DNA from: an uncultured Gammaproteobacteria bacterium
GTDB taxonomy: Bacteria; Patescibacteriota; Microgenomatia; UBA12405
Assembly (NCBI GenBank): GCA_964537905.1
Contig: CAZICU010000001.1
Span: forward strand, 15,046-79,045
Length of the DNA: 64,000 bases
Direction: 5' to 3'
Below the pieces are notes generated by a model, which was given only the letters and a program-made list of their open reading frames with translations, was not told the DNA's origin and did no database searches. A program made the translations under genes and the position numbers. Shown here piece after piece: positions 57,897 to 64,000 of the stretch. The first letter of the stretch is position 1. Every line of letters starts with the position of its first letter.

Positions 57897-58412
57897 ATGC
57901 CAAATCAAGCCAAAATCGATCAAGTCGCTGATATTACCAGCAAGCTTGAAAGTGCTAAGTCTTGTGCTTTGATTCAGTATCAGGGTCTCAACGCCGCTGA
58001 CGTTTCCGCTCTTCGCGATAACGTTCGCGCCGCTGGTGGTAAAATTGAAGTTGTCAAAAACAGCCTTATTGCTCGTGCTTTTGCCAACATCGGTATTACT
58101 CTTCCTGAAACTTTGACTGGCCCAACCGCCATCACCTTCTGTAACGAAGATGAAGTTAATCCTCTCAAAGAGGTTGACAAAGTCAATAAAAGCCATGATT
58201 TCATCACCTTCAAATATGGTATCTACGACAAAAAACTTCTCGGATTTGATGAACTTAAAGCTTTCATCTCCCTTCCATCCAAATCAGCCCTTATGGCTCA
58301 ACTTTTAGGTGGATTGATCAATCCTTTACAACGTCTTGCTTATGGTTTGAGATACAACCAAACCCAACTCGCTTTAGCTCTTAAAGCCGTTGCCGATAAA
58401 AATAACCAATAA
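57897..58412 (+). CDS. rplJ: 50S ribosomal protein L10
   Basis: YQGL...LR, VVKNSL, LTGPTA, LPSK. Confidence 0.95.
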   Translation: MPNQAKIDQVADITSKLESAKSCALIQYQGLNAADVSALRDNVRAAGGKIEVVKNSLIARAFANIGITLPETLTGPTAITFCNEDEVNPLKEVDKVNKSHDFITFKYGIYDKKLLGFDELKAFISLPSKSALMAQLLGGLINPLQRLAYGLRYNQTQLALALKAVADKNNQ

Positions 58413-58469
58413 CCAAATAACAAGAAACAAACATTATTGTTTGGAATACTTGAAATTTGTATCTTGGGA
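58407..58469 (+). repeat. Second copy of the 63-bp element (see 50307-50369)
   Basis: caataaccaaataacaagaaacaaacattattgtttggaatacttgaaatttgtatcttggga. Confidence 0.9.
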
Positions 58470-58509
58470 ATTAAATCATAATTAATTATTAATTAAAAAA
58501 TTTATAAAT

Positions 58510-58899
58510 ATGGAACTTTCTGCAAAATTGCAAAAAATATTAGATTCTATTGCTGAACTTTCAGTTTTAGAATTGTCCCAACTCGTTAAAGGTATCGAAG
58601 AAAAATTCGATGTCAAAGCCGTCGCCGCTGCCTCACCCGCCATAGCTTCAGCGCAGGCAGGTCCTGCTGCTGCTCCGGCTGAAGAAAAGAGTGAATTTGA
58701 TGTTGTTATTACCTCTGGTGGTGCCAACAAAATCGCTGTTATCAAAGTTGTCCGTGAATTCAAACCAGAATTAGGTTTAAAAGAAGCTAAAGATATGGTC
58801 GATGCTTGTCCCGCTAATTTAGGTACTATGAAAAAAGAAGCTGCTAATGATGCCAAAGCTAAATTAGAAGCTGCTGGAGCACAAGTCGAGCTCAAATAA
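58510..58899 (+). CDS. rplL: 50S ribosomal protein L7/L12
   Basis: EEKSEFDV, KIAVIKVVR, LGLKEAK, LEAAGAQVELK. Confidence 0.97.
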   Translation: MELSAKLQKILDSIAELSVLELSQLVKGIEEKFDVKAVAAASPAIASAQAGPAAAPAEEKSEFDVVITSGGANKIAVIKVVREFKPELGLKEAKDMVDACPANLGTMKKEAANDAKAKLEAAGAQVELK

Positions 58900-58920
58900 G
58901 TTTTACTTTTGTAGCTAATT

Positions 58921-58948
58921 AAAATCCCCCGTTCTTCGGGGGATTTTT
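58921..58948. terminator. Bidirectional intrinsic terminator
   Basis: aaaatcccccg-ttctt-cgggggatttt. Confidence 0.85.
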
Positions 58949-59638
58949 TATTTATCAAAATTAATTGGATTATTTTTTATATATTTTTTGTACCCTAAAT
59001 ATTCCTTTTCATTTCTTATAATTCTTTCAAAGAAATTACGTTGCCATAATCGTTTTTCAAATTTTGGCCAATTATTTTCTTTAACATTTTTAATGTATTC
59101 GTTGGTGGTTAATGATTTTAATTCACCAATAATCATCCCCAATGTTTTATTATTTGTAGGGGCGGGTTTTATGCCCGCCCTAATTGTGGTCGCCCTTATA
59201 TTTATGCCCGTGGTCGCCCTTATATTTGTGCCCACCATTTCATTATTATTTTTGGCAGGCACAAGACCTGCCCCTACATTATTAAATTTATTTTTAATTA
59301 CCACAATCATATGTACATGGTCAGGCATTAATACATATTCATCCAATTCAATAAATTTATTTTTAATAAAATATTCGACAATAATTTTTTCAACCATCGT
59401 TCCGACATTACCCAAAATCATTTTCTTTTCCATCAGGGCAAGCACAAGACCTGCCCCTACATTTTCAATTTTAATTTGACCAATTTTCCCAAAAATATTT
59501 TTTCGATTTTCACAACATATCGTCACCAAATAATACCAATTTTTCGAATAATCATATCCTTTCAATCTTATTGATTTTCGGTGTCCAGACATAAAAAATA
59601 ATATCATTTTTTGTACGGGCGACTCGTGTGGTCGCCCT
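58948..59638 (-). mobile_element. REP-associated tyrosine transposase (RAYT, IS200-like HUH Y1; CDS 58948-59592) with GTAG REPs
   Basis: RKSIRLKGYDYS, YLVTIC, MPDHVH, WQRNF, YIKNNP; REPs at 59156-59181, 59254-59277, 59435-59460, 59613-59638. Confidence 0.92.
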
Positions 59639-59643
59639 CATAC

Positions 59644-60123
59644 TTATACTTTCTCCAAAAAATCACCCCAACCAATCTTAGTGTAAGTTTCCTTACATTC
59701 TTTCTCCAACACTCCCCCAACCACTTCCGGCTCATCACTAAAAAATGGTTTAATTTTTGATAAATCCTTATCTTGCAAAATATTCCATTTATTATGCCCC
59801 CCCATATTTGGCGACTTAACTCCGTAAACTACTTTTTTAAAGTGTAATTCTCTCATCATAAATGAACACATTGGACAAGGTTCACAATTAGAATAAATTT
59901 CACAATCACTCAAATCTTTAGTTTTTAATTTCTTCTGAGCTTTCCTCATCGCCATAATTTCAGCGTGACTGGTTACATCATGATTTTTCTCATTAGCATT
60001 AGTCACTGCCACAATTATTTTTCCCTTTCTCACAATCAAACTTCCAAATGGTGCTTCACCTTTTTTCACCGACTTTTCTGCCAAAGAAATACACTTTTTT
60101 ATATAATACTCGTCAGTTTTCAT
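59644..60123 (-). CDS. Nucleoside deaminase (TadA/guanine deaminase family)
   Basis: PFG, HAEI, EPCPMC. Confidence 0.9.
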   Translation of the reverse strand: MKTDEYYIKKCISLAEKSVKKGEAPFGSLIVRKGKIIVAVTNANEKNHDVTSHAEIMAMRKAQKKLKTKDLSDCEIYSNCEPCPMCSFMMRELHFKKVVYGVKSPNMGGHNKWNILQDKDLSKIKPFFSDEPEVVGGVLEKECKETYTKIGWGDFLEKV

Positions 60124-60163
60124 TTTTTAATTATATCTCAGTTTTTAAAAATCCAAAAATAGT

Positions 60164-61165
60164 CTAGTATTTCATTTTTCTCATTTCAATAAATTTCAAC
60201 AAAGCAAAAACGCACTTATGTTCTTCTGGTAGTGTATCTAATTCACTTTCCTTAACCTCAACCGGATCTCTCAAATAAGGTTCTCCATCCATATCCATTT
60301 CCAAAAATGTTTCCAGTGGTAATTTATAATTTATTGACTGTCTAATTTCCAATGTTTTATTTTTTTCATCCAGATAGGCAATACCTTTCATCCGTTCCAC
60401 TTCTTTACCATCAATTATCAACACTATTTCATGTGGATCATCTTTTCCCATATCATTTTCATCCAATTTTACTGGATAAAAATCATTTGGAGTTTCTATA
60501 TTTCTAGTCAAATAATCATATTTAATTTGATATTGATTATTTTCATCATAAACTTGAGGACATTTTTCTTTTAATTTTTCTTTTAATATTTCAACTTGTT
60601 CCCATTTTTCCCGAATAGCCTTTTCTTTATTTTCTTCTTCTGTATAAAAAACCGGTACTCTTCTTTTTCCTCTGAATAATGTTTGTATAAACAGTATTTC
60701 CTCATTTAACTCATTTAAAGTCACTTCTTTTAAAGGACCATCACATCTGCCAGCTGCTCCGGTTACATAACCAGGATCAGAAGGTGCCGCCTCATCTCTT
60801 TTCAAAAAAAGATAAGTTTTTTCACCCTGATTATCTTCAACTGAAAACCAAACACCACTAGAAAATAACCATCCTTTGCTACCATCTCCTCCTCTAATTT
60901 CATTCACTGTCGGTGAATTGGGTATATCTAAATCATTTTTCCATTTATCGTTAAATACCACCGTTGGATAAGTCGAATCTACCTCAATGTACCATGAATT
61001 TCCCTCTTGTCTAATATTTCGAGCCAAAGCATAAACTTTATCACAACCCTTTTGTGTTTCTTTTAATGAATTTCTTAATAGTTCGGCTGAATTAGATATT
61101 TGCAAACGATATCTGTCTACTTCAATAGCCTTCTCAGAATTCAAATTTTCAATAGAATGTGTCAT
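60164..61165 (-). CDS. Hypothetical protein with degenerate Nudix-like motif
   Basis: LFLKRD..APSDPG...AGRCD......LNELNEE. Confidence 0.6.
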   Translation of the reverse strand: MTHSIENLNSEKAIEVDRYRLQISNSAELLRNSLKETQKGCDKVYALARNIRQEGNSWYIEVDSTYPTVVFNDKWKNDLDIPNSPTVNEIRGGDGSKGWLFSSGVWFSVEDNQGEKTYLFLKRDEAAPSDPGYVTGAAGRCDGPLKEVTLNELNEEILFIQTLFRGKRRVPVFYTEEENKEKAIREKWEQVEILKEKLKEKCPQVYDENNQYQIKYDYLTRNIETPNDFYPVKLDENDMGKDDPHEIVLIIDGKEVERMKGIAYLDEKNKTLEIRQSINYKLPLETFLEMDMDGEPYLRDPVEVKESELDTLPEEHKCVFALLKFIEMRKMKY

Positions 61166-61224
61166 AAACAAAGTATTATAACATATCTCATATATTATAA
61201 GACAATAATCTTCAAAAAATCAAA

Positions 61225-62280
61225 TCATAATAACTCTATTCTATTTTCTTCCTTTAATTTATCCACTACTTGACCCACTTTTCCTGTTTGGTCTTTTTTT
61301 GTAATTAATAAACCATCAGGAGTATCGATAACCACTAAATCCTCTACTCCAATCAAAGCAATATATTTTTTATTTTTTCTATAAACAAAATTATTTTGAG
61401 CTTCAATTTCAAAAATATCAGTTGCTTGATAGATATTTTTTTCTTTCATATAATTCGCTACTGATTCCCAAGTCCCAAAATCTACCCAATTAAAAGGCAA
61501 TTCCACCACCAATGCTTGATTATTTTTGTAAACAATTTTAGTTACTTCCTCAATTGCTCCTTTTGGCATTTTGCCATATTCTAGGGAAATATTACCACCA
61601 TTAGCAATCTCCACCAATGGCTGATACCACTCTGGTTTATAAGTTTGGTACATTTTTAATAAATTATTTGGAGTCATGGTCGTATGGTTAGCATGAAGTA
61701 ATAATTTATCTGTTCCCAAATATTGATTAATTTTTTCTTCTTCGGTTCTGTCAATATAATCAGCTACTTCATAAATTTTAACTCCATTTTCTTCTGAAAC
61801 TAAATTACCTTTAACTAAATAATCAACCCCTTTTATTACTGATTCTGGTACAAAGCCACCAGTTAAATATTTACCCGTCTCCCCCGCTAATTTTTCCGCT
61901 TCATCAATCATACTCAAAAAATTTTCATCTGATTCTCTTAAAACATCCGCTTGAACCAAAATAAACGGTTCATCACCAAAACCTCTTTTAATCAATTGAG
62001 CTGCCGCAAATCCAGTTGCCGGACCTTGATTTCTCATTTCCGGTTCGGCAAAAATATTTCCTTCAGGAATTTCTGATTTTAAATTTTTGGCAATTTTAGC
62101 TTGAACTTCATTTGTTTGCAAAAATATTTCTTCTGGACTAAACTTCTTCCTCAAAGCTTCATAATTCAATTCAAATAATGATTTATTACCAATTAATGGT
62201 AAAAAATGTTTTGGCATGGTACTTCGACTCATCGGCCACATTTTTGAACCGACTCCCCCACAAATTATTACTGCTTTCAT
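61225..62280 (-). CDS. manC: Mannose-1-phosphate guanylyltransferase
   Basis: GGVGSKMWPMSR..MPKHF, EP..RN, WVDFGTW, DTPDGLLI. Confidence 0.88.
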   Translation of the reverse strand: MKAVIICGGVGSKMWPMSRSTMPKHFLPLIGNKSLFELNYEALRKKFSPEEIFLQTNEVQAKIAKNLKSEIPEGNIFAEPEMRNQGPATGFAAAQLIKRGFGDEPFILVQADVLRESDENFLSMIDEAEKLAGETGKYLTGGFVPESVIKGVDYLVKGNLVSEENGVKIYEVADYIDRTEEEKINQYLGTDKLLLHANHTTMTPNNLLKMYQTYKPEWYQPLVEIANGGNISLEYGKMPKGAIEEVTKIVYKNNQALVVELPFNWVDFGTWESVANYMKEKNIYQATDIFEIEAQNNFVYRKNKKYIALIGVEDLVVIDTPDGLLITKKDQTGKVGQVVDKLKEENRIELL

Positions 62281-62289
62281 AAATTATTA

Positions 62290-63300
62290 TTAATTTTTAA
62301 TTTTAATATAATTATTTATATTTTCCACCGTCGTCTTTACAATCCTTTCTATCGCCTCTATAGTATTAAAAGCATTGTGTGGTGTAAAAACCACATCATC
62401 CCGATCTCGAAGTAAATGAAAACTTAAAATATCTTGTAAACTATCTTTTGACGTTTTATTACTCATCACTACACTCATACTATCTACCAACATTTCTTCT
62501 TCAGTCACATCCAATCCTGCTCCAGCCAAAATTTTATTATTCAAAGCCCAAACTATGGCTTCTGCTTCAACCACCGCTCCCCTGGCCGTATTTACCAAGA
62601 AACTTCCTTTCTTCATTAATTTGATATTGTTTTTATTAATCATATGATAAGTTTCCGGAATCGCTGGCACATGTAACGTTACAAAATCTGCATTTTTCAA
62701 ACAAGTTTCCAAATCAGTATATTTAAAACCAGTCTTTTTTTCTAATTTAGGATCTCTATATTCATCCACTCCCAAAACCTTCATTCCCAAGCCTCTAGCG
62801 ATCTTAATTACATTTTGTCCTATCTTTCCGCATCCAATCACTCCAAGTGTTTTTCCATACAAATCTACCCCAGTTAAACCTTCCGGACTAAACTCCCCTT
62901 CTTCCACCGATTGATGAGCTACTACTATTTTTTTTGTTATTGCCAACAATAATGCAAAAGTATATTCGGCTACTGTGTTCGATCCATAAATAGGCACATT
63001 AGCTATCTCAATTTTATTTTTTTTACAAAAATTACCATCGATATGATCCATTCCTGTCGATCTAGTGGCAATCATTTTTAAATTTGGTAATTTTTCCAAA
63101 ATTTTTTCGTCAAACTTGGAATAAATAAACGGTGAAATTATTTCATATTTAGAAGCTAACTCCAAATTATCTTGAACTTCCTCTTTATAAATTCCTACCC
63201 CAAAAGTATCTAGATTATTTATTTCTCTCTCAATTATTTCTTTTTCCCAACTTTTAACTCCAAAAAAGGCAATTTTAAAATCTTTCTTATTATCAATCAT
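62290..63300 (-). CDS. D-2-hydroxyacid (D-lactate-type) dehydrogenase
   Basis: TRSTGMDHID, GCGKIG, NTARG, TPHNAF. Confidence 0.9.
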   Translation of the reverse strand: MIDNKKDFKIAFFGVKSWEKEIIEREINNLDTFGVGIYKEEVQDNLELASKYEIISPFIYSKFDEKILEKLPNLKMIATRSTGMDHIDGNFCKKNKIEIANVPIYGSNTVAEYTFALLLAITKKIVVAHQSVEEGEFSPEGLTGVDLYGKTLGVIGCGKIGQNVIKIARGLGMKVLGVDEYRDPKLEKKTGFKYTDLETCLKNADFVTLHVPAIPETYHMINKNNIKLMKKGSFLVNTARGAVVEAEAIVWALNNKILAGAGLDVTEEEMLVDSMSVVMSNKTSKDSLQDILSFHLLRDRDDVVFTPHNAFNTIEAIERIVKTTVENINNYIKIKN

Positions 63301-63497
63301 AAACAATTGTACCTCATTTAAACCTAATTTAAACCCTTCCTTGTTTATTCATCAAAAAAAGAAATTCAAAAATTTAGTTTTCCCCCGTCTTATCAAAGAA
63401 TGGAGTTAGAGGAAAGATTTCATTCTTGACACACTAATATCCAATGTGATTAACTGAATACAGTTAAACATTATTTTGATACAAGAGGAGCCACCAA

Positions 63498-63755
63498 ATG
63501 GATTATCAAACAGAATCACAAGACAACCTTGTGAAACAATCATCCGCCCCAAAAAAAATCAATGGCGTCTCTATCGACAACTTGCCTGATCTTTTGACTG
63601 TTGCCGAAGTCGCTGATCTTCTTCGTGTCAGCAAACTCACCATCAAACGCTGGGGTAAACGAGGTAAACTTCCGGCTATCCGCATCAACGCTCGTGGTGA
63701 TCGTCGCTACCGCAAAGAAGCTGTTCTCTGGCTATTAGGAATTCAAACCGAATAA
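63498..63755 (+). CDS. Excisionase/MerR-like HTH (HTH_17) protein
   Basis: LLTVAEVADLLRVSKLTIKRW...GDRRY; GAGGAG SD; TTGACA promoter. Confidence 0.88.
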   Translation: MDYQTESQDNLVKQSSAPKKINGVSIDNLPDLLTVAEVADLLRVSKLTIKRWGKRGKLPAIRINARGDRRYRKEAVLWLLGIQTE

Positions 63756-64000
63756 ATAATATCCTGCCCAATTATTTGGTTTATTTATTTAAACTTTGAA
63801 ATAATTCTTGTTTAATCAATGATTGATATGGAATATCCATTTTATTTGCCTTAACCTTTAGTCTTTCAATTAAACCGATTGGTAATCTTATTGTTACTAA
63901 TTTAGTCGTTAATTTCAAATTTGGAAACAAAACCCCTCTCTTGGCTTTACTTAAATCAAAATAATCTGAAAAATTAGCCTTCTCCCAAAACTCAAACTCC

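Noticed and set aside
57882-59479. Antisense ORFs over rplJ, rplL and the RAYT gene, and similar short overlapping ORFs elsewhere
   Set aside because: Opposite-strand or alternate-frame shadows of well-supported genes, with no motifs or start signals
63498-63755. Prophage or ICE boundary marked by an excisionase
   Set aside because: No integrase, att site or phage genes within the window; stand-alone HTH_17 genes are common, and sequence beyond 64000 is not visible

Overview
Low-GC (roughly 30%) bacterial chromosomal segment in genetic code 11. Gene content, leaderless genes and Cys-rich surface proteins point to a CPR/Patescibacteria genome, most likely Microgenomates (inference). The backbone is housekeeping: rseP, frr, tsf, rpsB, topA, PBP2-mreB, def/fmt, rpmB, rpmG, epmA, galU, glyA-tmk-thyX, nrdR-nrdJ-pduO, secE-nusG-rplK-rplA, ddl/murF, rplJ-rplL, manC and five tRNAs, interspersed with single orphan genes. 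The most unusual features are: (1) a tRNA-Thr followed by two tandem units of GIY-YIG nuclease plus 5'-truncated tRNA-like RNA with a rebuilt anticodon arm, and further tRNA 3'-end duplications flanking cargo genes with no integrase; (2) a cobalamin riboswitch with its own promoter in front of a soluble Cys-tailed protein of unknown function, next to the B12-dependent RNR operon; (3) three secreted Cys-rich proteins sharing a TM-QENRSKA leader around the RseP protease; (4) an unannotated ~156-nt structured RNA with a clean promoter; (5) helically phased palindromic sites upstream of a 37-aa histone H1-like peptide; (6) several REP-like hairpin families inserted into coding sequences, RNA leaders and a ribosome-binding site, with a RAYT transposase present. 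No CRISPR array, rRNA or prophage was seen.
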